Assembly (NCBI GenBank): GCA_038887515.1
Contig: JAWAKK010000001.1
Coordinates: 96,001-160,000, forward strand
Direction: 5' to 3'
Origin: Candidatus Nezhaarchaeales archaeon
GTDB taxonomy: Archaea; Thermoproteota; Methanomethylicia; Nezhaarchaeales; WYZ-LMO8
DNA: 64,000 nucleotides
Below the pieces are notes generated by a model that saw only the letters and a list, made by a program, of their open reading frames with translations, made no database searches and was not told the origin of the DNA. The first letter of the stretch is position 1. Every line of letters starts with the position of its first letter. Shown piece after piece: positions 28,477-38,272 of this stretch. Made by a program: the position numbers and the translations under genes.

Positions 28477-28711
28477 AAATAAAAGGGTATAGCAATCTTA
28501 ACTCGAATCAACCTTCATTTTTATCATGTAGGTCTAACATTTAAGGAAGAATACATTATAGTTGTTCCATTTAAAACAATGCTCACGATTTTAGCGTTGC
28601 TTCCTTAACCTTAAGCCAAGACGTAAGTATCAAAAACGGGGGTTAAGAAAAGCTTAGAAGAACCCGGTACGAGTTACTAATGTGTCAAGGTAGTTAAATG
28701 GTGATAGTTCG

Positions 28712-29173
28712 TTGTCAGGGCACGTATATGTCCCATGGAAGCAGGTAAGCAGGTGGACGTGTATCAGGTGTGGTCAATGTTGTCGCGAATTTCTCGTGCC
28801 GCTACTCACCCACGAAGCCTTGAAAATGTACAAATCCTTTGGCCCCATAATAGTCCAAGTCAACGGAAAGATAGCTTTAGCTAAAAAGCCCGACGGCTCT
28901 TGCATCTTCCTAAGTTACGAGAGCGGCGTTGCAAAATGCGAAATATACTTCGAGAGACCAGGGGTTTGTAGGATATATCCATTCTATATAAAGGTGGGCT
29001 CTTCAGGAAGCAACGACGCGTTGTACGCTGACGAGTTGGGCTTTAAGTATGAAGTCTATGTTGATACTAGATGTCCCGGTTCTTATAGAGGACTACTTAT
29101 AGAACCTATTCTCCCTAAAGTCATTGAAACATGGAAGAGATTCTATGGTTGGTGGGTTTTAAGTAGGCGCTAA
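28712..29173 (+). CDS. YkgJ-family CxxCxxCC cysteine-cluster protein
   Basis: CIRCGQCC, CIFL, CEIY..RP.VCRIYPF and CPG motifs. Confidence 0.88.
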   Translation: MSGHVYVPWKQVSRWTCIRCGQCCREFLVPLLTHEALKMYKSFGPIIVQVNGKIALAKKPDGSCIFLSYESGVAKCEIYFERPGVCRIYPFYIKVGSSGSNDALYADELGFKYEVYVDTRCPGSYRGLLIEPILPKVIETWKRFYGWWVLSRR

Positions 29174-29665
29174 ACCTTCATACATGTAGGAGCCTTTATA
29201 CAAATTCTCCGGCTTTGATTCAAGCCTTATAAATACTAATTGCATGATCCTAGCATTCCGCTCAAGGATTATACCGTAAGGATTTTCTACGAGGAGTAAA
29301 CCTTCTCCTCTACCTTCGTAGCCTGGGTCCCATAGAGCACTGATTATCGTAGCACCCATCCTCATAAGGCTGGAGCGGGGAAGGCCTACTGCGACACAGT
29401 CGCTTGGGACCTTTACTACCTCGTTGTACCTGACTTTATAGGCACCTTTTTCTAAGAAAAGTACTCCATGATCGTCAAACTCAAGTCTCTCGATTTCAGG
29501 TAATCTTCTCGAGGAATTTGAGAAACCCAGTACTCCATACCCCTTAAACCTATAAACCTCACTTACTGTAAGATCTATCCCGGCCGGCTGAACTTGAACC
29601 ACTTCGTCCAAGAGATTGTGGATGGCGCCCGACTTTAAAATGTACAGTCCTGGCAACACGGCCAC
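29159..29665 (-). CDS. dut: Trimeric dUTPase (dCTP deaminase/dUTPase family)
   Basis: QPAGIDL, PRSSLMR, WDPGYEG, RIMQL and YKGSY motifs. Confidence 0.8.
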   Translation of the reverse strand: MAVLPGLYILKSGAIHNLLDEVVQVQPAGIDLTVSEVYRFKGYGVLGFSNSSRRLPEIERLEFDDHGVLFLEKGAYKVRYNEVVKVPSDCVAVGLPRSSLMRMGATIISALWDPGYEGRGEGLLLVENPYGIILERNARIMQLVFIRLESKPENLYKGSYMYEGLAPT

Positions 29666-29910
29666 AAAGTTTCACCTCTACATTATTATTACCTTAAAGT
29701 GAACTTCTAATAGTTAAGAACTAAGCGGCGTCTCTCCTAAAAAGAGATATAATTCAGACGCCGACTGAATGCGAAGTAGCCTTTTTCCTAAGGAACGAGG
29801 TTGATATCGCTACTAGATCTGCTAGATGTGCTCAGCTTATGTATGGAGGTACATGTCGTTAGCTATAAAATTACTATAGATTCTATGCTATTATAAGCAA
29901 GGGGGTTTGC

Positions 29911-31047
29911 TTGTCGCAAAAAATTGGAATTGTTTACAGCGATGCGTACTTGAAATATAACTTTGGCAGGGACCATCCATTTAATCCCTATCGCTTTAGG
30001 TTATTTTTCGACTTAATCAAGTATTATGGGCTTCTCGACAGGCTAGAGCACATAGAGCCACGGATGGCATCTGAAAGCGAGCTCGAGCTAGCTCATGATC
30101 GAGATTACATACATAAGGTGAAGAGGTTAAGTGAAGAAGGTCACGGTTTTCTCGATTTCGGAGATACTCCAGCATTTAGGGGGATGTTTGAAGCGTCAAG
30201 CTACCTCGTAGGAGGGACTCTGAGCGCTGTCGATGCTATAATGAGTGGAAGGTGCGATCACGCATTTAACCCTGGAGGAGGCTTCCATCACGCAGCCCGT
30301 AATAGAGGGGCAGGTTTTTGCGTCTTCAATGATATTGCAATAGCAATATTGTACCTTCTCGAGAAGTGGAAAGTCAATAGAGTTATGTTAGTGGACATGG
30401 ATGCCCATCACGGAGATGGAACGCAGTGGATCTTATACTCAGAGCCAAGGGCACTTAAGGTAGATTTTCACGAGTCTGGCATGTACCTCTATCCTGGAAC
30501 AGGCTTCGTAGATGAGATAGGTGAGGGAGAAGGTCGCGGCTTTATGGTTAATGTACCGTTACCCCCTAAGACCCACGACAAAGCATATCTATATGCCTTT
30601 AATGAGATAGTTCCAACGCTAGCTGAGGAGTACAAGCCGGATGTAATAATTCATCAATGCGGAGTAGACGCGCATTTTGAAGATCCACTCGCGCACTTAG
30701 CTCTCACGACAAGTGCTTACGCAGAGTTATCTAAATTGATGCATGAAGTGGCACACAAAGTAGCTAATGGAAGGTACGTAATGGTAGGCGGTGGAGGCTA
30801 CAACGTTGGGACGGTCGCCAGATCATGGACTATAATGATATCTAAGATTTTGGGGGTTGACTTACCAGATACGTTACCCCAAGGGTGGATGGTTGAATTT
30901 AAGAACTTAATGGGCTACGATCCCCCCACATCTCTTTACGATAAATCGAGACCTATTATGAGCGAAGGAGTTTGGAGGTCAATTATGGCCGACGTCGAAA
31001 AAATCGTTAGAGACGTAAAAAAGAGGTTCTCCCACTTTTTTAGATGA
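29911..31047 (+). CDS. Zn-dependent deacetylase (AcuC/HDAC class I-like)
   Basis: HPFNP, GGFHHA, GFCVFND, DMDAHHGDG, YPGTG, CGVDAH and GGGGY motifs. Confidence 0.92.
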   Translation: MSQKIGIVYSDAYLKYNFGRDHPFNPYRFRLFFDLIKYYGLLDRLEHIEPRMASESELELAHDRDYIHKVKRLSEEGHGFLDFGDTPAFRGMFEASSYLVGGTLSAVDAIMSGRCDHAFNPGGGFHHAARNRGAGFCVFNDIAIAILYLLEKWKVNRVMLVDMDAHHGDGTQWILYSEPRALKVDFHESGMYLYPGTGFVDEIGEGEGRGFMVNVPLPPKTHDKAYLYAFNEIVPTLAEEYKPDVIIHQCGVDAHFEDPLAHLALTTSAYAELSKLMHEVAHKVANGRYVMVGGGGYNVGTVARSWTIMISKILGVDLPDTLPQGWMVEFKNLMGYDPPTSLYDKSRPIMSEGVWRSIMADVEKIVRDVKKRFSHFFR

Positions 31048-31053
31048 TAACCA

Positions 31054-32022
31054 TCATTCTATGAGGGGCCCTATGACGGTATGCCCAGCTAGCTTATTTA
31101 CTCTTTCAACCTGTTCGTCAACGTATCTTTGTACTTCAGCTATCTCGTCATCGTTTAAATGTCTAAATCTACCTTGCATCATCAAGTAATCTCTTACCGG
31201 TCTCCTCTTAGGGACTGGGACCGTAACTCTAAAGTTATTCTCTTCAATTTCGTAGAGGATCCACATGCCCGTGAGCACACCTAGCCTTGCGACCTCTATC
31301 GTTTTACTGGGGTCGAATCTCCATCCTGTAGGGCATGGAGCCAAAACATGTATGTACGCTGGCCCCTCTATTTCGGCTGCCTTTTTGACCTTATTTGCGA
31401 AATCTATTGGATGAGATATGCTTGCAACTGCAACATATGGTATTCCATGCGCTGCAACTATTGACGCCATATCCTTCTTGAATTGAAACTTCCCCCTCCA
31501 CTTAGTTCCAACGGGTGTAGTGGTGGTCCAAGCCTTGAAGGGAGTTGTTCCGCTACGTTGAATTCCCGTGTTCATGTAAGCTTCGTTATCCATACATATG
31601 TAGACGAAGTCGTGTCCCCTCTCAAGAGCACCACTTAAGGCTTGAAAGCCTATATCAGCCGTTCCACCGTCGCCAGCTAGAACGACTACATTAATCTCTC
31701 TATCAGCGAACTTCAGCCCTCTTTTCTTCAAAGCCTTTATCCCAACCTCGATACCGCTGGCAACAGCCGCAGCATTCTCAAAAGCTACGTGAATCCAAGG
31801 AACCTTCCAAGCTGTCTCGGGATAAACTGACGTGCTAACTTCTAAACATCCAGTTGGAGTTACAATTATGCAATAGGGGCCAAGAACTTTTGTTACAAGC
31901 CTAGCTATTACGCCTTCGGGGCACCCTTGACATAATCTATGCCCAGCACTGAAATATTCGGTTTTAGGCAGATCTCTTATGCTCTTAAACGTCTTGCTCT
32001 CCATGGTCGACACCTCTGACAC
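31054..32022 (-). CDS. porB: Pyruvate/2-oxoacid:ferredoxin oxidoreductase beta subunit
   Basis: GHRLCQGC, GDGG, DNEAYMNTG and PCPTGW motifs. Confidence 0.92.
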   Translation of the reverse strand: MSEVSTMESKTFKSIRDLPKTEYFSAGHRLCQGCPEGVIARLVTKVLGPYCIIVTPTGCLEVSTSVYPETAWKVPWIHVAFENAAAVASGIEVGIKALKKRGLKFADREINVVVLAGDGGTADIGFQALSGALERGHDFVYICMDNEAYMNTGIQRSGTTPFKAWTTTTPVGTKWRGKFQFKKDMASIVAAHGIPYVAVASISHPIDFANKVKKAAEIEGPAYIHVLAPCPTGWRFDPSKTIEVARLGVLTGMWILYEIEENNFRVTVPVPKRRPVRDYLMMQGRFRHLNDDEIAEVQRYVDEQVERVNKLAGHTVIGPLIE

Positions 32023-33187
32023 CGTAATAAATGCACGGCTTTTCGATATGGCCCTTTTGAAGGGCTTTTCTTGAAATCTTCACCATGTTTATCAGGTCTG
32101 CTACGGTTACGTCCCTCCCGCCTATTCCGGCTATGAAATTGATCATGAAGGGTCTATCTACATCGTTGGCAAAGACCGACGCTACATCAGTAAAGAGGGG
32201 CCCGCCAACAGCACCAAAAGATATTGATCTGTCCACTATAGTGAGTATCTTCGCATTTCTAAGCTTCTCTCTCCATATATTTGCCGGTATAGGCCTATAA
32301 AGTCTAGGTCTAAATAACCCAACCTTTATCCCCATTTCGCGTAGTTTTTCTACAGCTACCCTAGCTGTACTGGCTATAGCGCCTAGGGCTATTAGCAGTA
32401 TGTCAGCATCTTGAGACTCATACTCTTCGTAGATTCCGTAGCTAACACCAAATTTTTTCTCGTAATCTCTATCAACTTCCTCTAGAGCTCTTGGCGTTTT
32501 CTCCAAGGCATCAACAAGCTGGTACTTGAACTCGTAAGTGTAATCTGGTAAGGCCATAATCCCCATGGTTATCGGCTTTTCAGGGTCAAGGATATTTGGC
32601 CTCTCAATTCGGGGTAGAAAACTCAATACATCTTCTCTTCCCCTTACCTCTACAGGCTCGTAGGTATGGCTCAGAACGAAACCATCATAGCACACGCACA
32701 CAGGTACTAAGATGTCACTTCTTTCAGCCAGCTTGTATGCTTGAATTATTGTGTCGTGTGCTTCTTGGGCGGAAGAAACATATATTTGAACCCAACCACA
32801 ATCTCGAGAAGACATCATGTCTTGGTGATCGTTATGAATGTTAAGAGGCATCGAAAGGGTCCTGTTCGCCACGGCCATCACTATTGGTAATCTCATGCTC
32901 GAAGCTATGAAGAGCACTTCATGCATTAGTGCAAGCCCTTGAGATGAAGTAGCTGTGAAGACTCTAGCTCCAACAGCCGAAGCACCTACTACAGCGCTTA
33001 GAGCGGAATGTTCGCTTTCAACATGTATGAACTCTGCTTCAAGCTCTCCTTCAGCTACAAACTCAGAGAGCTTCTCGACAACTGGCGTTTGAGGTGTTAT
33101 CGGATATGCCGCTATGACGTCTACGTCGCAATTTTTAACTGCATAGGCTACGGCATGGTTTGTCGATAAGGCCATTCTCTGGGACAT
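31985..33187 (-). CDS. porA: Pyruvate/2-oxoacid:ferredoxin oxidoreductase alpha subunit
   Basis: AYPITPQT, ESEHSA, TATSSQGL and GGRD motifs. Confidence 0.92.
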   Translation of the reverse strand: MSQRMALSTNHAVAYAVKNCDVDVIAAYPITPQTPVVEKLSEFVAEGELEAEFIHVESEHSALSAVVGASAVGARVFTATSSQGLALMHEVLFIASSMRLPIVMAVANRTLSMPLNIHNDHQDMMSSRDCGWVQIYVSSAQEAHDTIIQAYKLAERSDILVPVCVCYDGFVLSHTYEPVEVRGREDVLSFLPRIERPNILDPEKPITMGIMALPDYTYEFKYQLVDALEKTPRALEEVDRDYEKKFGVSYGIYEEYESQDADILLIALGAIASTARVAVEKLREMGIKVGLFRPRLYRPIPANIWREKLRNAKILTIVDRSISFGAVGGPLFTDVASVFANDVDRPFMINFIAGIGGRDVTVADLINMVKISRKALQKGHIEKPCIYYGVRGVDHGEQDV

Positions 33188-33193
33188 TTCGCC

Positions 33194-33469
33194 TCACCTC
33201 CTCATAACTATCGCTTTCGAAGGACACTCGTTAGAACAGATACCGCAACCCTTACAGTACAAGTAATTAATTTTAGTGAACCCATCATCCTCTAGTTCTA
33301 TCGCCCCCTCGGGGCAGAAAATCCAACACAAATAGCACTTTATACACCTGCTTCTATCTATGACTGGAGTAAACGTTCTCCAACTAGAAGTTAGGTACTT
33401 TAAGGAAGAACCGGGTTCCGTATTGGTGGCACCGATCGGTATTTCATACCACTTTTTTAACGGCGTCAA
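33194..33469 (-). CDS. porD: 2-oxoacid:ferredoxin oxidoreductase delta subunit (2x[4Fe-4S])
   Basis: WR..P...CIKCYLCWIFCPE and YCKGCGICSNECP. Confidence 0.92.
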   Translation of the reverse strand: MTPLKKWYEIPIGATNTEPGSSLKYLTSSWRTFTPVIDRSRCIKCYLCWIFCPEGAIELEDDGFTKINYLYCKGCGICSNECPSKAIVMRR

Positions 33470-33473
33470 GCCC

Positions 33474-34040
33474 TCATAACCCTCCTATAATAGCCTCTTC
33501 AAAAGCTCTAACCATAGCTTTAAAATTCTTAGCTGCCAAAGCCGGAGGGAACCTTTTTTCTAAAACTTTAACCACGTTGTCTAAGCTCACGGTATCGATG
33601 GCCTTGACGACAGCTCCAACCATTGACGTATTGACTATGGGGGCCCCTATGATCTCTATAGCTATTGAAGTTGCATCGACGGTCACGACTTTTCCATTAA
33701 AACCTAACCTCTTGGCCACCTCATAGGGTTTTTGATTAATATTAACTATCAGCATACCGTTAGGTTTAAGGCCTGCCATCACGTCATCCCTTCCCCCTAC
33801 GTTCAATAAGCTTTCGTCAAGCACAACAACGACATCTGGTTCGTATATGAAAGACCTATTGTATATGGGCTTATCATTTATCCTCGTGTAAGCCTGTACT
33901 GGTGCCCCACGTCTCTCAGCGCCGAAGCTAGGAAAGGCTTGGGCCCACTTGCCTTCAATTATAGCCGCCGACGCTATAATCTCGGCGGCTGTGACCGCGC
34001 CTTGCCCCCCTCTTCCATGCCATCTTATCTCAACCGGCAT
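33474..34040 (-). CDS. porG: 2-oxoacid:ferredoxin oxidoreductase gamma subunit
   Basis: HGRGGQGAVT and FGAERRGAPV motifs. Confidence 0.92.
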   Translation of the reverse strand: MPVEIRWHGRGGQGAVTAAEIIASAAIIEGKWAQAFPSFGAERRGAPVQAYTRINDKPIYNRSFIYEPDVVVVLDESLLNVGGRDDVMAGLKPNGMLIVNINQKPYEVAKRLGFNGKVVTVDATSIAIEIIGAPIVNTSMVGAVVKAIDTVSLDNVVKVLEKRFPPALAAKNFKAMVRAFEEAIIGGL

Positions 34041-34158
34041 TTAAGGCCCCACCATACATTATCGATAAAGTGTCGCAGTATTAGTGTGGAAAGGAACATC
34101 ATGGACATTTAAGCTTTTTCTTAAATAAGAGGAATGATAGAAAACAATAATTTTGAAG

Positions 34159-34581
34159 TTACTTCTCTATCTTAATTCGACTTATGAGAAATTCGTTTCC
34201 AGCTATAAATTCGAAATCTGACTCTCCACATTTGGGACATGTTTCCTTAAAAAATGCTCTTAAATTATGATCTAAGTTCGTAGCCACTATTAGATGATCA
34301 ATGTACAGAGCCTTACTATAGACGTTTGACTCCCATTCTTCGCCACATCTATTACACCGAGCCATTGCCTTGACCGTATTTATGTTTAATTTTGCGCCTT
34401 CAACTATCGTTCCTTTGCTTAATACGCTGAAAGCAACCATTAACTGATCAGGGTTTAACAACGTAAGCTCACCAACATCGATATTAACTTCTAAAACCTT
34501 CTTGGCTCCATATCTCGAAGCAACTTCTAGCACAGCTTCGAGGATGTTTGATGCCATTGAAAGTTCGTGCAATGTTATCAC
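34159..34581 (-). CDS. hypA: Hydrogenase nickel chaperone HypA
   Basis: (L)HELSMA N-terminus, CNRC and CPKC motifs. Confidence 0.92.
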   Translation of the reverse strand: MITLHELSMASNILEAVLEVASRYGAKKVLEVNIDVGELTLLNPDQLMVAFSVLSKGTIVEGAKLNINTVKAMARCNRCGEEWESNVYSKALYIDHLIVATNLDHNLRAFFKETCPKCGESDFEFIAGNEFLISRIKIEK

Positions 34582-34663
34582 GCAGACTAGACGAGAAGAT
34601 TTTTAAACTATTGTTGTAGAAACCAAATTACATCGGATAAGCTTTTCGCGAGGTTTAAACGCC

Positions 34664-35332
34664 TTGACATTAGAGAGACCCTCCCCTGAAGCGGCAGTAT
34701 ACAGGTTACTAACCTTGATAAATGATCATAGTAAAAAACTTGGTGAGTCTTTCAAACAGCTTGAAGAAATGACGACATTGTATCTTGCTGGCAAGGCGAA
34801 TAAGAAGATTAAGGAGCTTGCTGATGCTATTAAGAATACTGAAAAGGAAGGTAACAAAATAAAGCTCCAAATCTTCGATTACTTGGCTAGAATTGGAGAG
34901 GCCTTAATGTATAGAGAAGACTGGATGAGATTAATCCTAAATCTTGATTCGATACTTGATTATGTCGATAGTATAGCTTATAGACTTTCGATAGCGGCTT
35001 CAAAGAAATGGCACCCAACGGCCGAAGTTGCTGACGGTATTAAACATCTCTTATCTCTAATCAGCGCGATGATCGATAAAATAAAACTCTCTCTTGGAAC
35101 CCTTCAAGTTAATGCTTTAAGAGTTCTGCAAATTTGCAACGAGTTAGAAGAAATGGAAAGAGAGGTCGACGAGCACCACAGAGAGTTAGGTTCAATCCTC
35201 CTTGAATCAAACGTTTCCACTCCAGCTTTAATGCTATTACATGAGATATGCGAGAGGCTTGAAGACCTAGCTGACATTGCATTGAAGACCGGTGATAGCC
35301 TTAGGCTTCTCGCTATGCATAGAGTTCCTTGA
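34664..35332 (+). CDS. DUF47/PhoU-like protein
   Basis: Two helical repeats: EKEGN...RED...DSILD and EREVD...LEDLAD. Confidence 0.8.
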   Translation: MTLERPSPEAAVYRLLTLINDHSKKLGESFKQLEEMTTLYLAGKANKKIKELADAIKNTEKEGNKIKLQIFDYLARIGEALMYREDWMRLILNLDSILDYVDSIAYRLSIAASKKWHPTAEVADGIKHLLSLISAMIDKIKLSLGTLQVNALRVLQICNELEEMEREVDEHHRELGSILLESNVSTPALMLLHEICERLEDLADIALKTGDSLRLLAMHRVP

Positions 35333-36352
35333 CCCACCCTTCTTAAAGAGTTCAGAGAATACATCTGCTGAGTAAAGAGCTGTAATAGACCCTGTAACGG
35401 CCACTTCAAACCAGACGACGATTATCCTCGTCAATATAGACGCTGAAGAAGCTATAGCCGAGGGGATGCCTAGAGCTACGAACGTCGCGGTCATTGACGT
35501 CTCGACGACTCCTAACATCGCTGGTATCCCAATAGGTATCATGAGGGAGAGACTGTAAATGGGGTATGCTGCGGCGACGAGCGAGTAGGGGACTTCATGT
35601 CCAAGGGACATGAAGACTATGTAGGGTATTGTTATTGCAGCCGCCCACTGGCATATAAAGATTATAAAGGAAAGAAGTACAACGTAGGGTCTTGAAAACA
35701 TGGTATCGACGGCTTGGCAAAACTCGTTAATGTTGTACTTGATTAAGGCGTTTGAATAGTTACCTTTCTTAAACGCTTTCAATATTTTCTCTGAAACCTT
35801 ACGTAGAAATTCTTGAGCACCTTTAGACTTGCTAATGTACCTTATACAGAAGAGCCCACCACCCATAGTTATTAGTGCTAGCACAAGTATTGCTAGGAGC
35901 CCAATGTTGCTAGACTCAATGTTCCAAAAAAGTACAAGACCTACCATGAAGTAGAATATAAAGGCCATTAGATTGACTATTCTATGGACTATAATTGAAG
36001 CAAGAGCCTTATTAACTCCAATGTTCAACTTCTTTTTAGCTAAAGCTAACCTTATAGCCTCACCTGTAACAGTGCCTGTCGGTACCATTACGTCGCCGAA
36101 GAGACTTACCATTGCTACTGCTATACAACCCTTAAGCGGAACGCGTTTTTCAATGTTCTTTAACAGTACGTACCAACCGACGCCGAATAGCAACATAAAG
36201 GCAATGTCTAGAGGGAAGGCGAGAAGCAATAGCCAGAGATTAGCCTTGAGTATTTCAGCAATGATGTTTTCAGGCCCCATAATGAAAAGGTAGGCTACAA
36301 ATATCCAAATTCCTACGATGAGTAGGAGCAGAAACCTCATTGAGCTTTTCAA
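35267..36352 (-). CDS. UPF0104/lysylphosphatidylglycerol-synthase-TM (flippase-like) membrane protein
   Basis: Multiple TM segments; P...GE..R, IP...GVVE and LTR motifs. Confidence 0.8.
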   Translation of the reverse strand: MKSSMRFLLLLIVGIWIFVAYLFIMGPENIIAEILKANLWLLLLAFPLDIAFMLLFGVGWYVLLKNIEKRVPLKGCIAVAMVSLFGDVMVPTGTVTGEAIRLALAKKKLNIGVNKALASIIVHRIVNLMAFIFYFMVGLVLFWNIESSNIGLLAILVLALITMGGGLFCIRYISKSKGAQEFLRKVSEKILKAFKKGNYSNALIKYNINEFCQAVDTMFSRPYVVLLSFIIFICQWAAAITIPYIVFMSLGHEVPYSLVAAAYPIYSLSLMIPIGIPAMLGVVETSMTATFVALGIPSAIASSASILTRIIVVWFEVAVTGSITALYSADVFSELFKKGGSRNSMHSEKPKAITGLQCNVS

Positions 36353-36426
36353 GCCGCTTCAACCCTGATGTTAGTGCTAGCGTTTATTTTTGCGTAAATC
36401 AACTTGATTTTTAGCTCTCTTATAAC

Positions 36427-37002
36427 TTGCTGGGGGGGATCTATGTGGAGGAAGTCAAGGCTCAAGCTCAGCTACTGAATGGAAGAGCTATAGTCTGGGA
36501 TGTTAAGCAGGCCGTTAAGTTGTATAAAGAAGGATTTTACGGGAAATTTGTCGGCGTCCCAAAAACAAAGGATCACGTGCCTGAAAAACCTTTAGAGCTC
36601 TCTTTAATTGAGACTTACTACTTGCTCGAAAAGGGCAGGATAAAAGTTTTCGACGAAAAAGGAAAGGAGCTTTCTCCGCGCGAACTCTATGATTACGCTA
36701 AGAATCGTTACGAAGACTTCGACTACAGGTACAAGGTCTATAAAGACTTAAGGGAAAGGGGGTACGTTGTGAGACCGGGGATGAAGTTCGGTTCCATGTA
36801 CGCTGTCTACAAGTATGGACCCGGTATAGATCACGCACCCTTCTTGGTACATGTTATGCCCATGGAGAGATCTATGGATCCAGTAGAAATAATAAGGGCG
36901 GGAAGGTTATCTCACAGCGTAAAGAAGCGCTTTATAATAGCAAGTATAGATCCAAAGACAGGGAAAGTTGATTATTGCGTTTTTTCCTGGTTTAAACCTT
37001 AA
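36427..37002 (+). CDS. endA: tRNA-intron endonuclease, catalytic subunit
   Basis: VYKDLRERGY...GMKFG...Y...GPGIDHAPF...RLSHSVKK (Tyr/His/Lys triad). Confidence 0.93.
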   Translation: MLGGIYVEEVKAQAQLLNGRAIVWDVKQAVKLYKEGFYGKFVGVPKTKDHVPEKPLELSLIETYYLLEKGRIKVFDEKGKELSPRELYDYAKNRYEDFDYRYKVYKDLRERGYVVRPGMKFGSMYAVYKYGPGIDHAPFLVHVMPMERSMDPVEIIRAGRLSHSVKKRFIIASIDPKTGKVDYCVFSWFKP

Positions 37003-37055
37003 ATTTACAAGTGGTACAAGATTTCAAGGAATGAAATACTTTCGGTGGTGCCTTA

Positions 37056-37478
37056 ATGAGTAAAATAAAAAAGATCTTGGTAGGAGTTGACGGCTCGGCA
37101 ACGTCGTACAGAGCAGTGGAGATGGCATTGGATCTAGCATCATCCTTAAATGCCAAGGTGACGGCTCTACACGTAGTTCCTTTACTATCAGTGGACTACA
37201 TGGCTCTGGGTCTTGGTTCCAACGCGAGTCCTGAAGACATAGATAAAAAGGTATTGCACGAGGTAAGGATTATGGCGTATTCGAAGAACGTTAAAGTCGA
37301 GACTATAATATTGAAAGGAAGACCATCGGAGGTCATAACTTCCGTAGCAGAAGGAGAAAATTATGATTTAATAGTTCTAGGAAATACTGGTGTGGGGGGA
37401 GCTTATAGGAGGATCATGGGAAGCGTTGTTGCTGAAGTAATCAACACAACTAAAAAACCCGTGCTTTTAGTAAAGTAG
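37056..37478 (+). CDS. Universal stress protein
   Basis: ILVGVDGS, DLIVLG...GSV and PVLLVK motifs. Confidence 0.93.
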   Translation: MSKIKKILVGVDGSATSYRAVEMALDLASSLNAKVTALHVVPLLSVDYMALGLGSNASPEDIDKKVLHEVRIMAYSKNVKVETIILKGRPSEVITSVAEGENYDLIVLGNTGVGGAYRRIMGSVVAEVINTTKKPVLLVK

Positions 37479-37529
37479 GCTATAAGTGAAATAGTATGCT
37501 TAATAAATTCTATGTATAGGTTCACTTGA

Positions 37530-38207
37530 TCATGAACTACACCCAATAAACCCTCTTTTTAAAATTCTCTCTAATTCTCTAAGTATCTTCTTGCTGACTT
37601 CTTCGATGCTTCCGATGCCATTTATTACTAGCAACTTTCCTGTTCTCCTATAGTACTCAATTACCGGACTAGTCCTCTCAATATATACTCGGAACCTTTG
37701 TCGAACGACGTCTTCTCTGTCGTCCTCTCTTTGATAAAGATCACCTCCACATGAACTGCATTTAAGATCCTCTTTAGGAGGATTGAATTCAACGTGATAG
37801 ACAGCTCCGCACTGTTTGCATGTGAGTCTTCCACATAATCTTCTTACTATTTCGTCTTCGGGAACATCTAGATATATGGCAGCCGTTAGCTCGGTACCAG
37901 CCTCTTTTAACAATGTGTCAAGCTTTCGGGCCTGCACGACGTTCCTTGGATACCCATCGAGGATAAAGCCCCTCTCAATCTTGCCCTCTTTCAGCCACTT
38001 TTCAACGATCTTAATGACTACACTATCAGGTACGAGTTCGCCCTTCTCCATGTAGCTCTTAGCCAACCTTCCGAGCTCACTTCCACTTGCGACTTCCATT
38101 CTAAGCACGTCACCAGTAGACATAGAAGGCAGGCAGAGAACTTTTGAGAGCACCTTAACTTGAGTTCCTTTTCCAGCGCCGGGTGGTCCTAGAAATACAA
38201 GTCTCAT
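37530..38207 (-). CDS. adk: Adenylate kinase, bacterial (long, Zn-LID) type
   Basis: GPPGAGKGTQ, STGD.LR, LDGYPR, CKQC...CSSC and QREDD motifs. Confidence 0.95.
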   Translation of the reverse strand: MRLVFLGPPGAGKGTQVKVLSKVLCLPSMSTGDVLRMEVASGSELGRLAKSYMEKGELVPDSVVIKIVEKWLKEGKIERGFILDGYPRNVVQARKLDTLLKEAGTELTAAIYLDVPEDEIVRRLCGRLTCKQCGAVYHVEFNPPKEDLKCSSCGGDLYQREDDREDVVRQRFRVYIERTSPVIEYYRRTGKLLVINGIGSIEEVSKKILRELERILKRGFIGCSS

Positions 38208-38272
38208 GCTTAAATTCGTATTTTAAACGAGGTTTTTAATGTTTTCCTTAAAAAATTGAACCTCTATATCAG

